64,000 nt of DNA, taken from the NCBI RefSeq assembly GCF_009914755.1, contig NC_060939.1. One strand, written 5' to 3'. This stretch comes from the human T2T-CHM13v2.0 reference genome, Homo sapiens. Below are positions 1-11,090 of this stretch, in pieces. Below the pieces are notes generated by a model, which ran no database searches, was not told the DNA's origin, and worked only from the letters and a program-made list of their open reading frames with translations. The position numbers were made by a program, and so were the translations under genes. The number at the start of each line of letters is the position of its first letter. The first letter of the stretch is position 1.

Positions 1-120
1 CCACAAAAAGCGTGTTTCAAAGCTGCTCTGTAGAAAGAAAGGTTCAACTCTGTTAGTTGAATACACACGTCACAAACAAGTTTCTGAGAATGCTTCTGTC
101 TAGTTTTTATGGGAAGATAT

Positions 121-137
121 TTCCTTTTTCACCGTAG
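121..137 (-). promoter_or_regulatory. A-box / pJalpha-type site of an A-type monomer (example; 7 A-type monomers per 15-mer)
   Basis: ttcctttttcaccgtag, reverse complement CTACGGTGAAAAAGGAA, at the position homologous to the CENP-B box (171 bp before 292). Confidence 0.8.
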
Positions 138-291
138 GCCTCAAAGCGCTCCAAATGTCCACTTCCACATACTACAAAAAGAGTGTTTCAAACCTGCTGT
201 ATGAAAGGGAATGTTCAACTCTATGAGTTGAATGCAAACATTACAAAGAAGTTTCTGAGAATGCTTCTGTCTAGATTTTATATGAAGGTTT

Positions 292-308
292 TCCCGTTTC
301 CAACGAAA
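292..308 (-). promoter_or_regulatory. CENP-B box (1 of 8 per 15-mer; repeated in every HOR)
   Basis: tcccgtttccaacgaaa, reverse complement TTTCGTTGGAAACGGGA, matches NTTCGNNNNANNCGGGN. Confidence 0.95.
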
Positions 309-629
309 TTTTCAATGCTCTCAAAATATCCACTTGTAGATTCTACAAAAAGAGTGTTTCCAAACTGCTGTGTCAAAAGAAAGGTTCAACTCTGTTAGTT
401 GAGGACACACATCACAAATAAGTTTCTGAGAATGCTTCTGTCTAGTTCTTATTTGAAGACATTTCCTTTCTCACCTTAGGCCTGAAAACGCTCGAAATAT
501 CCACTTCCAGATACGACAGAAACAGTGATTCAAACCTGCTCTATGAAAGGGAATGTTCAACTAGGTGACTTGAATGCAAACATCACAAAGCAGTTTCTGA
601 GAATGCTGCTGTCTACTTTCTATTTGTAA

Positions 630-646
630 TCCCGTTTCCAACGAAA
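630..646 (-). promoter_or_regulatory. CENP-B box (next to the 4-bp deletion that defines the 167-bp monomer)
   Basis: tcccgtttccaacgaaa, 338 bp from the previous box. Confidence 0.95.
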
Positions 647-971
647 TCGTCAGAACTATCGAAATTTCCAATTGCAGATTCCACAAAAAGCGTGTTTCAA
701 AGCTGCTCTGTAAAAAGAAAGGTTCAACTCTGTTAGTTGAATACACACGTCACAAACAAGTTTCTGAGAATGCTTCTGTCTAGTTTTTATGGGAAGATAT
801 TTCCTTTTTCACCGTAGGCCTCAAAGCGCTCCAAATGTCCACTTCCACATACTACAAAAAGAGTGTTTCAAACCTGCTCTATGATAGGGAATGTTGAAAC
901 CTATGAGTTGAATGCAAGCATTACAAAGAGGTTTCTGAGAATGCTTCTGTCTAGATTTTATATGTAGATAT

Positions 972-988
972 TCCCGTTTCCAACGAAA
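972..988 (-). promoter_or_regulatory. CENP-B box (first of the adjacent pair)
   Basis: tcccgtttccaacgaaa. Confidence 0.95.
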
Positions 989-1142
989 TCCTCAAAGCTA
1001 TCCAAATATCAACTTGCAGATTCTACAAAAGGAATGTTTCCAAAATGCTGTATCCAAACAAAGGTTCAACTCTGTGAATTGAGGGCATACATCACAAAGA
1101 AGATTCTGAGAATGCTTCTGTCTAGATTTTATATGAAAATAT

Positions 1143-1159
1143 TCCCGTTTCCAACGAAA
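1143..1159 (-). promoter_or_regulatory. CENP-B box (second of the adjacent pair, 171 bp from the previous box)
   Basis: tcccgtttccaacgaaa. Confidence 0.95.
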
Positions 1160-1484
1160 TCCTCAAAGCTATCCAAATATCCACTTGCAAATGCCACAAA
1201 AAGAGTGTTTCCAAACTGCTCTGTGAAAAGGAAGGTTCAACTCTGTTAGTTGAGTACACACATCACAAAGAGGTTTCTGAGAATGCTGCTGACTAGTTTT
1301 TATTTGAAGATATTTCCCTTTTCACCTTAGGCCTAAGAGTGCTCGAAATGTCCATTTCCACATACTCCACAAAGTGTGTTTCAAACGTGCTGTATGAAAG
1401 GGAATGTTCAACTCTATGAGTTGAATGCAAACATCACAAAGAAGACTCTGAGAATGCTTTTGTCTAGATTTTATATGAAGATAT

Positions 1485-1501
1485 TCCCGTGTCCAACGAA
1501 A
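1485..1501 (-). promoter_or_regulatory. CENP-B box, variant at a non-essential position
   Basis: tcccgtgtccaacgaaa; all 9 core positions retained. Confidence 0.88.
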
Positions 1502-1826
1502 TTTTCAAAGGTCTCCAAATATCCATTTGTAGATTCTACAAAAAGAGTGTTTCCAAACTGCTGTATCAAAACAAAGGTTGAACTCTGTGAGTTGAGGACA
1601 CACATCACAAATAAGTTTCTGAGAATGCTTCTGTCTAGTTTTTATTTGAAGATGTTTCCTTTTTCACCATAGGCCTGAAAGCGCTCGAAATGTCCCCTTC
1701 CAGATAGTACAGAAAGAGTGTTTCAAACCTGCTCTATGAACGGGAATGTTCAGCTCTGTGAGTTGAATGCAAACATCACAAAGCAGGTTCCGAGAATGCT
1801 TCCGTCTAGATTTTAAATGAGGATAT

Positions 1827-1843
1827 TCCCGTTTCCAACGAAA
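1827..1843 (-). promoter_or_regulatory. CENP-B box
   Basis: tcccgtttccaacgaaa. Confidence 0.95.
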
Positions 1844-2166
1844 TCCTCGAAGCTATCCAAATATCCACTTGCAGATTCCACAAAAAGAGTGTTTCAAAAC
1901 TGCTCTGTCAAAAGATAGGTTCAACTCTGTTAGTTGAGTACACACATGGCAAACAAGATTCCGAGAATGCTTTCGTCTAGTTTTTGGGAAGATATTTCCT
2001 TCTTCACCATAGGCCTCAAAGCGCTCCAAATATCCATTTCCACATGCTATACAAAGAGTGTCTCAAACCTGCTGTATGAATGGGAATGTTCAACTCTTTG
2101 AGTTGAATGCAAACATCACAAAGAAGTTTCTGAGAATGCTGCTGTCTAGATTTTATATGAAGGTTT

Positions 2167-2183
2167 TCCCGCTTCCAACGAAA
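2167..2183 (-). promoter_or_regulatory. CENP-B box, variant TTTCGTTGGAAGCGGGA
   Basis: tcccgcttccaacgaaa; core positions retained. Confidence 0.92.
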
Positions 2184-2504
2184 TTTTCAATGCTCTCAAA
2201 ATATCCTCTTGTAGATTCTACAAAAAGAGTGTTTCCAAACTGCTGTATCAAAACAAAGGTTCATCTCTGTTAGTTGAGGACACACATCACAAATAAGTTT
2301 CTGAGAATGCTTCTGTCTAGTTCTTATTTGAAGACATTTCCTTTCTCACCTTAGGCCTGAAAGCGCTCGAAATACCCACTTCCAGATACTACAGAAACAG
2401 TGATTCAAACCTGCTCTATGAAAGGGAATGTTCAACTATGTGACTTGAATGCAAACATCACAAAGCAGTTTCTGAGAATGCTGCTGTCTACTTTCTATTT
2501 GTAA

Positions 2505-2521
2505 TCCCGTTTCCAACGAAA
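2505..2521 (-). promoter_or_regulatory. CENP-B box
   Basis: tcccgtttccaacgaaa. Confidence 0.95.
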
Positions 2522-5500
2522 TCCTCAGAACTATCGAAATTTCCAATTGCAGATTCCACAGAAACAGGGTTTCAAAGCTGCTCTGTAAAAAGAAAGGTTC
2601 AACTCTGTTAGTTGAATACACACGTCACAAACAAGTTTCTGAGAATGCTTCTGTCTAGTTTTTATGGGAAGATATTTCCTTTTTCACCGTAGGCCTCAAA
2701 GCGCTCCAAATGTCCACTTCCACATACTACAAAAAGAGTGTTTCAAACCTGCTGTATGAAAGGGAATGTTCAACTCTATGAGTTGAATGCAAACATTACA
2801 AAGAAGTTTCTGAGAATGCTTCTGTCTAGATTTTATATGAAGGTTTTCCCGTTTCCAACGAAATTTTCAATGCTCTCAAAATATCCACTTGTAGATTCTA
2901 CAAAAAGAGTGTTTCCAAACTGCTGTGTCAAAAGTAAGGTTCAACTCTGTTAGTTGAAGACACACATCACAAATAAGTTTCTGAGAATGCTTCTGTCTAG
3001 TTCTTATTTGAAGACATTTCCTTTCTCACCTTAGGCCTGAAAACGCTCGAAATATCCACTTCCAGATACGACAGAAACAGTGATTCAAACCTGCTCTATG
3101 AAAGGGAATGTTCAACTAGGTGACTTGAATGCAAACATCACAAAGCAGTTTCTGAGAATGCTGCTGTCTACTTTCTATTTGTAATCCCGTTTCCAACGAA
3201 ATCCTCAGAACTATCGAAATTTCCAATTGCAGATTCCACAAAAAGCGTGTTTCAAAGCTGCTCTGTAAAAAGAAAGGTTCAACTCTGTTAGTTGAATACA
3301 CACGTCACAAACAAGTTTCTGAGAATGCTTCTGTCTAGTTTTTATGGGAAGATATTTCCTTTTTCACCGTAGGCCTCAAAGCGCTCCAAATGTCCACTTC
3401 CACATACTACAAAAAGAGTGTTTCAAACCTGCTCTATGATAGGGAATGTTGAAACCTATGAGTTGAATGCAAGCATTACAAAGAGGTTTCTGAGAATGCT
3501 TCTGTCTAGATTTTATATGTAGATATTCCCGTTTCCAACGAAATCCTCAAAGCTATCCAAATATCAACTTGCAGATTCTACAAAAGGAATGTTTCCAAAA
3601 TGCTGTATCCAAACAAAGGTTCAACTCTGTGAATTGAGGGCATACATCACAAAGAAGATTCTGAGAATGCTTCTGTCTAGATTTTATATGAAAATATTCC
3701 CGTTTCCAACGAAATCCTCAAAGCTATCCAAATATCCACTCGCAAATGCCACAAAAAGAGTGTTTCCAAACTGCTCTGTGAAAAGGAAGGTTCAACTCTG
3801 TTAGTTGAGTACACACATCACAAAGAGGTTTCTGAGAATGCTGCTGACTAGTTTTTATTTGAAGATATTTCCCTTTTCACCTTAGGCCTAAGAGTGCTCG
3901 AAATGTCCATTTCCACATACTCCACAAAGTGTGTTTCAAACGTGCTGTATGAAAGGGAATGTTCAACTCTATGAGTTGAATGCAAACATCACAAAGAAGA
4001 CTCTGAGAATGCTTTTGTCTAGATTTTATATGAAGATATTCCCGTGTCCAACGAAATTTTCAAAGGTCTCCAAATATCCATTTGTAGATTCTACAAAAAG
4101 AGTGTTTCCAAACTGCTGTATCAAAACAAAGGTTGAACTCTGTGAGTTGAGGACACACATCACAAATAAGTTTCTGAGAATGCTTCTGTCTAGTTTTTAT
4201 TTGAAGATGTTTCCTTTTTCACCATAGGCCTGAAAGCGCTCGAAATGTCCCCTTCCAGATAGTACAGAAAGAGTGTTTCAAACCTGCTCTATGAACGGGA
4301 ATGTTCAGCTCTGTGAGTTGAATGCAAACATCACAAAGCAGGTTCCGAGAATGCTTCCGTCTAGATTTTAAATGAGGATATTCCCGTTTCCAACGAAATC
4401 CTCGAAACTATCCAAATATCCACTTGCAGATTCCACAAAAAGAGTGTTTCAAAACTGCTCTGTCAAAAGATAGGTTCAACTCTGTTAGTTGAGTACACAC
4501 ATGGCAAACAAGATTCCGAGAATGCTTTCGTCTAGTTTTTTTGGGAAGATATTTCCTTCTTCACCATAGGCCTCAAAGCGCTCCAAATATCCATTTCCAC
4601 ATGCTATACAAAGAGTGTCTCAAACCTGCTGTATGAATGGGAATGTTCAACTCTATGAGTTGAATGCAAACATCACAAAGAAGTTTCTGAGAATGCTGCT
4701 GTCTAGATTTTATATGAAGGTTTTCCCGCTTCCAACGAAATTTTCAATGCTCTCAAAATATCCTCTTGTAGATTCTACAAAAAGAGTGTTTCCAAACTGC
4801 TGTATCAAAACAAAGGTTCATCTCTGTTAGTTGAGGACACACATCACAAATAAGTTTCTGAGAATGCTTCTCTCTAGTTCTTATTTGAAGACATTTCCTT
4901 TCTCACCTTAGGCCTGAAAACGCTCGAAATATCCACTTCCAGATACGACAGAAACTGTGATTCAAACCTGCTCTATGAAAGGGAATGTTCAACTAGGTGA
5001 CTTGAATGCAAACATCACAAAGCAGTTTCTGAGAATGCTGCTGTCTACTTTCTATTTGTAATCCCGTTTCCAACGAAATCCTCAGAACTATCGAAATTTC
5101 CAATTGCAGATTCCACAAAAAGCGTGTTTCAAAGCTGCTCTGTAGAAAGAAAGGTTCAACTCTGTTAGTTGAATACACACGTCACAAACAAGTTTCTGAG
5201 AATGCTTCTGTCTAGTTTTTATGGGAAGATATTTCCTTTTTCACCGTAGGCCTCAAAGCGCTCCAAATGTCCACTTCCACATACTACAAAAAGAGTGTTT
5301 CAAACCTGCTGTATGAAAGGGAATGTTCAACTCTATGAGTTGAATGCAAACATTACAAAGAAGTTTCTGAGAATGCTTCTGTCTAGATTTTATATGAAGG
5401 TTTTCCCGTTTCCAACGAAATTTTCAATGCTCTCAAAATATCCACTTGTAGATTCTACAAAAAGAGTGTTTCCAAACTGCTGTGTCAAAAGAAAGGTTCA

Positions 5501-8500
5501 ACTCTGTTAGTTGAGGACACACATCACAAATAAGTTTCTGAGAATGCTTCTGTCTAGTTCTTATTTGAAGACATTTCCTTTCTCACCTTAGGCCTGAAAA
5601 CGCTCGAAATATCCACTTCCAGATACGACAGAAACAGTGATTCAAACCTGCTCTATGAAAGGGAATGTTCAACTAGGTGACTTGAATGCAAACATCACAA
5701 AGCAGTTTCTGAGAATGCTGCTGTCTACTTTCTATTTGTAATCCCGTTTCCAACGAAATCGTCAGAACTATCGAAATTTCCAATTGCAGATTCCACAAAA
5801 AGCGTGTTTCAAAGCTGCTCTGTAAAAAGAAAGGTTCAACTCTGTTAGTTGAATACACACGTCACAAACAAGTTTCTGAGAATGCTTCTGTCTAGTTTTT
5901 ATGGGAAGATATTTCCTTTTTCACCGTAGGCCTCAAAGCGCTCCAAATGTCCACTTCCACATACTACAAAAAGAGTGTTTCAAACCTGCTCTATGATAGG
6001 GAATGTTGAAACCTATGAGTTGAATGCAAGCATTACAAAGAGGTTTCTGAGAATGCTTCTGTCTAGATTTTATATGTAGATATTCCCGTTTCCAACGAAA
6101 TCCTCAAAGCTATCCAAATATCAACTTGCAGATTCTACAAAAGGAATGTTTCCAAAATGCTGTATCCAAACAAAGGTTCAACTCTGTGAATTGAGGGCAT
6201 ACATCACAAAGAAGATTCTGAGAATGCTTCTGTCTAGATTTTATATGAAAATATTCCCGTTTCCAACGAAATCCTCAAAGCTATCCAAATATCCACTTGC
6301 AAATGCCACAAAAAGAGTGTTTCCAAACTGCTCTGTGAAAAGGAAGGTTCAACTCTGTTAGTTGAGTACACACATCACAAAGAGGTTTCTGAGAATGCTG
6401 CTGACTAGTTTTTATTTGAAGATATTTCCCTTTTCACCTTAGGCCTAAGAGTGCTCGAAATGTCCATTTCCACATACTCCACAAAGTGTGTTTCAAACGT
6501 GCTGTATGAAAGGGAATGTTCAACTCTATGAGTTGAATGCAAACATCACAAAGAAGACTCTGAGAATGCTTTTGTCTAGATTTTATATGAAGATATTCCC
6601 GTGTCCAACGAAATTTTCAAAGGTCTCCAAATATCCATTTGTAGATTCTACAAAAAGAGTGTTTCCAAACTGCTGTATCAAAACAAAGGTTGAACTCTGT
6701 GAGTTGAGGACACACATCACAAATAAGTTTCTGAGAATGCTTCTGTCTAGTTTTTATTTGAAGATGTTTCCTTTTTCACCATAGGCCTGAAAGCGCTCGA
6801 AATGTCCCCTTCCAGATAGTACAGAAAGAGTGTTTCAAACCTGCTCTATGAACGGGAATGTTCAGCTCTGTGAGTTGAATGCAAACATCACAAAGCAGGT
6901 TCCGAGAATGCTTCCGTCTAGATTTTAAATGAGGATATTCCCGTTTCCAACGAAATCCTCGAAGCTATCCAAATATCCACTTGCAGATTCCACAAAAAGA
7001 GTGTTTCAAAACTGCTCTGTCAAAAGATAGGTTCAACTCTGTTAGTTGAGTACACACATGGCAAACAAGATTCCGAGAATGCTTTCGTCTAGTTTTTGGG
7101 AAGATATTTCCTTCTTCACCATAGGCCTCAAAGCGCTCCAAATATCCATTTCCACATGCTATACAAAGAGTGTCTCAAACCTGCTGTATGAATGGGAATG
7201 TTCAACTCTTTGAGTTGAATGCAAACATCACAAAGAAGTTTCTGAGAATGCTGCTGTCTAGATTTTATATGAAGGTTTTCCCGCTTCCAACGAAATTTTC
7301 AATGCTCTCAAAATATCCTCTTGTAGATTCTACAAAAAGAGTGTTTCCAAACTGCTGTATCAAAACAAAGGTTCATCTCTGTTAGTTGAGGACACACATC
7401 ACAAACAAGTTTCTGAGAATGCTTCTGTCTAGTTCTTATTTGAAGACATTTCCTTTCTCACCTTAGGCCTGAAAGCGCTCGAAATACCCACTTCCAGATA
7501 CTACAGAAACAGTGATTCAAACCTGCTCTATGAAAGGGAATGTTCAACTATGTGACTTGAATGCAAACATCACAAAGCAGTTTCTGAGAATGCTGCTGTC
7601 TACTTTCTATTTGTAATCCCGTTTCCAACGAAATCCTCAGAACTATCGAAATTTCCAATTGCAGATTCCACAGAAACAGGGTTTCAAAGCTGCTCTGTAA
7701 AAAGAAAGGTTCAACTCTGTTAGTTGAATACACACGTCACAAACAAGTTTCTGAGAATGCTTCTGTCTAGTTTTTATGGGAAGATATTTCCTTTTTCACC
7801 GTAGGCCTCAAAGTGCTCCAAATGTCCACTTCCACATACTACAAAAAGAGTGTTTCAAACCTGCTGTATGAAAGGGAATGTTCAACTCTATGAGTTGAAT
7901 GCAAACATTACAAAGAAGTTTCTGAGAATGCTTCTGTCTAGATTTTATATGAAGGTTTTCCCGTTTCCAACGAAATTTTCAATGCTCTCAAAATATCCAC
8001 TTGTAGATTCTACAAAAAGAGTGTTTCCAAACTGCTGTGTCAAAAGTAAGGTTCAACTCTGTTAGTTGAAGACACACATCACAAATAAGTTTCTGAGAAT
8101 GCTTCTGTCTAGTTCTTATTTGAAGACATTTCCTTTCTCACCTTAGGCCTGAAAACGCTCGAAATATCCACTTCCAGATACGACAGAAACAGTGATTCAA
8201 ACCTGCTCTATGAAAGGGAATGTTCAACTAGGTGACTTGAATGCAAACATCACAAAGCAGTTTCTGAGAATGCTGCTGTCTACTTTCTATTTGTAATCCC
8301 GTTTCCAACGAAATCCTCAGAACTATCGAAATTTCCAATTGCAGATTCCACAGAAACAGGGTTTCAAAGCTGCTCTGTAAAAAGAAAGGTTCAACTCTGT
8401 TAGTTGAATACACACGTCACAAACAAGTTTCTGAGAATGCCTCTGTCTAGTTTTTATGGGAAGATATTTCCTTTTTCACGGTAGGCCTCAAAGCGCTCCA

Positions 8501-9042
8501 AATGTCCACTTCCACATACTACAAAAAGAGTGTTTCAAACCTGCTCTATGATAGGGAATGTTGAAACCTATGAGTTGAATGCAAGCATTACAAAGAGGTT
8601 TCTGAGAATGCTTCTGTGTAGATTTTATATGTAGATATTCCCGTTTCCAACGAAATCCTCAAAGCTATCCAAATATCAACTTGCAGATTCTGCAAAAGGA
8701 ATGTTTCCAAAATGCTGTATCCAAACAAAGGTTCAACTCTGTGAATTGAGGGCATACATCACAAAGAAGATTCTGAGAATGCTTCTGTCTAGATTTTATA
8801 TGTAAATATTCCCGTTTCCAACGAAATCCTCAAAGCTATCCAAATATCCACTTGCAAATGCCACAAAAAGAGTGTTTCCAAACTGCTCTGTGAAAAGGAA
8901 GGTTCAACTCTGTTAGTTGAGTACACACATCACAAAGAGGTTTCTGAGAATGCTGCTGACTAGTTTTTATTTGAAGATATTTCCCTTTTCACCTTAGGCC
9001 TAAGAGTGCTCGAAATGTCCATTTCCACATACTCCACAAAGT

Positions 9043-11090
9043 GTGTTTCAAACGTGCTGTATGAAAGGGAATGTTCAACTCTATGAGTTGAATGCAAACA
9101 TCACAAAGAAGATTCTGAGAATGCTTTTGTCTAGATTTTATATGAAGATATTCCCGTGTCCAACGAAATTTTCAAAGTTCTCCAAATATCCATTTGTAGA
9201 TTCTACAAAAAGAGTGTTTCCAAACTGCTGTATCAAAACAAAGGTTGAACTCTGTGAGTTGAGGACACACATCACAAATAAGTTTCTGAGAATGCTTCTG
9301 TCTAGTTTTTATTTGAAGATGTTTCCTTTTTCACCATAGGCCTGAAAGCGCTCGAAATGTCCACTTCCAGATAGTACAGAAAGAGTGTTTCAAACCTGCT
9401 CTATGAACGGGAATGTTCAGCTCTGTGAGTTGAATGCAAACATCACAAAGCAGGTTCTGAGAATGCTTCCGTCTAGATTTTAAATGAGGATATTCCCGTT
9501 TCCAACGAAATCCTCGAAGCTATCCAAATATCCACTTGCAGATTCCACAAAAAGAGTGTTTCAAAACTGCTCTGTCAAAAGATAGGTTCAACTCTGTTAG
9601 TTGAGTACACACATGGCAAACAAGATTCCGAGAATGCTTTCGTCTAGTTTTTTTGGGAAGATATTTCCTTCTTCACCATAGGCCTCAAAGCGCTCCAAAT
9701 ATCCATTTCCACATGCTATGCAAAGAGTGTCTCAAACCTGCTGTATGAATGGGAATGTTCAACTCTATGAGTTGAATGCAAACATCACAAAGAAGTTTCT
9801 GAGAATGCTTCTGTCTAGTTTTTATGGGAAGATATTTCCTTTTTCACCGTAGGCCTCAAAGCACTCCAAATGTCCACTTCCACATACTACAAAAAGAGTG
9901 TTTCAAACCTGTTGTATGAAAGGGAATGTTCAACTCTATGAGTTGAATGCAAACATTACAAAGAAGTTTCTGAGAATGCTTCTGTCTAGATTTTATATGA
10001 AGGTTTTCCCGTTTCCAACGAAATTTTCAATGCTCTCAAAATATCCACTTGTAGATTCTACAAAAAGAGTGTTTCCAAACTGCTGTGTCAAAAGAAAGGT
10101 TCAACTCTGTTAGTTGAGGACACACATCACAAATAAGTTTCTGAGAATGCTTCTGTCTAGTTCTTATTTGAAGACATTTCCTTTCTCACCTTAGGCCTGA
10201 AAACGCTCGAAATATCCACTTCCAGATACGACAGAAACAGTGATTCAAACCTGCTCTATGAAAGGGAATGTTCAACTAGGTGACTTGAATGCAAACATCA
10301 CAAAGCAGTTTCTGAGAATGCTGCTGTCTACTTTCTATTTGTAATCCCGTTTCCAACGAAATCCTCAGAACTATCGAAATTTCCAATTGCAGATTCCACA
10401 AAAAGCGTGTTTCAAAGCTGCTCTGTAAAAAGAAAGGTTCAACTCTGTTAGTTGAATACACACGTCACAAACAAGTTTCTGAGAATGCTTCTGTCTAGTT
10501 TTTATGGGAAGATATTTCCTTTTTCACCGTAGGCCTCAAAGCGCTCCAAATGTCCACTTCCACATACTACAAAAAGAGTGTTTCAAACCTGCTCTATGAT
10601 AGGGAATGTTGAAACCTATGAGTTGAATGCAAGCATTACAAAGAGGTTTCTGAGAATGCTTCTGTCTAGATTTTATATGTAGATATTCCCGTTTCCAACG
10701 AAATCCTCAAAGCTATCCAAATATCAACTTGCAGATTCTACAAAAGGAATGTTTCCAAAATGCTGTATCCAAACAAAGGTTCAACTCTGTGAATTGAGGG
10801 CATACATCACAAAGAAGATTCTGAGAATGCTTCTGTCTAGATTTTATATGAAAATATTCCCGTTTCCAACGAAATCCTCAAAGCTATCCAAATATCCACT
10901 TGCAAATGCCACAAAAAGAGTGTTTCCAAACTGCTCTGTGAAAAGGAAGGTTCAACTCTGTTAGTTGAGTACACACATCACAAAGAGGTTTCTGAGAATG
11001 CTGCTGACTAGTTTTTATTTGAAGATATTTCCCTTTTCACCTTAGGCCTAAGAGTGCTCGAAATGTCCATTTCCACATACTCCACAAAGT
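9043..11090 (-). repeat. 12-mer HOR structural variant (2048 bp; 509-bp, 3-monomer deletion), copy 1
   Basis: Marker spacing 9043 to 11091 is 2048. Hybrid monomer ...acatcacaaagaagtttctgagaatgcttctgtctagtttttatggg..., with the junction inside 9793-9809. Confidence 0.95.

Larger units (their letters stand above)
2082..3432 (-). repeat. Internal tandem duplication of a 4-monomer 680-bp block within each 15-mer (first example; boundaries approximate)
   Basis: ~2082-2752 is nearly identical to ~2762-3432. The distinctive 167-bp monomer motif tctactttctatttgtaatcccg occurs twice 680 bp apart (boxes at 2505 and 3185), and ORF pairs are offset by 680 (2436/3116). Confidence 0.95.

Noticed and set aside
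84-145. Short palindromes and dyads (tctaga, aggcct, agcgct) as terminators or cruciform signals
   Set aside because: They are ordinary 6-bp palindromes of the alphoid consensus, and I saw no extended inverted repeat.
1485-1501. tcccgtgtccaacgaaa as a non-functional CENP-B box
   Set aside because: The substitution is at a degenerate position and the 9 essential bases of NTTCGNNNNANNCGGGN are intact.
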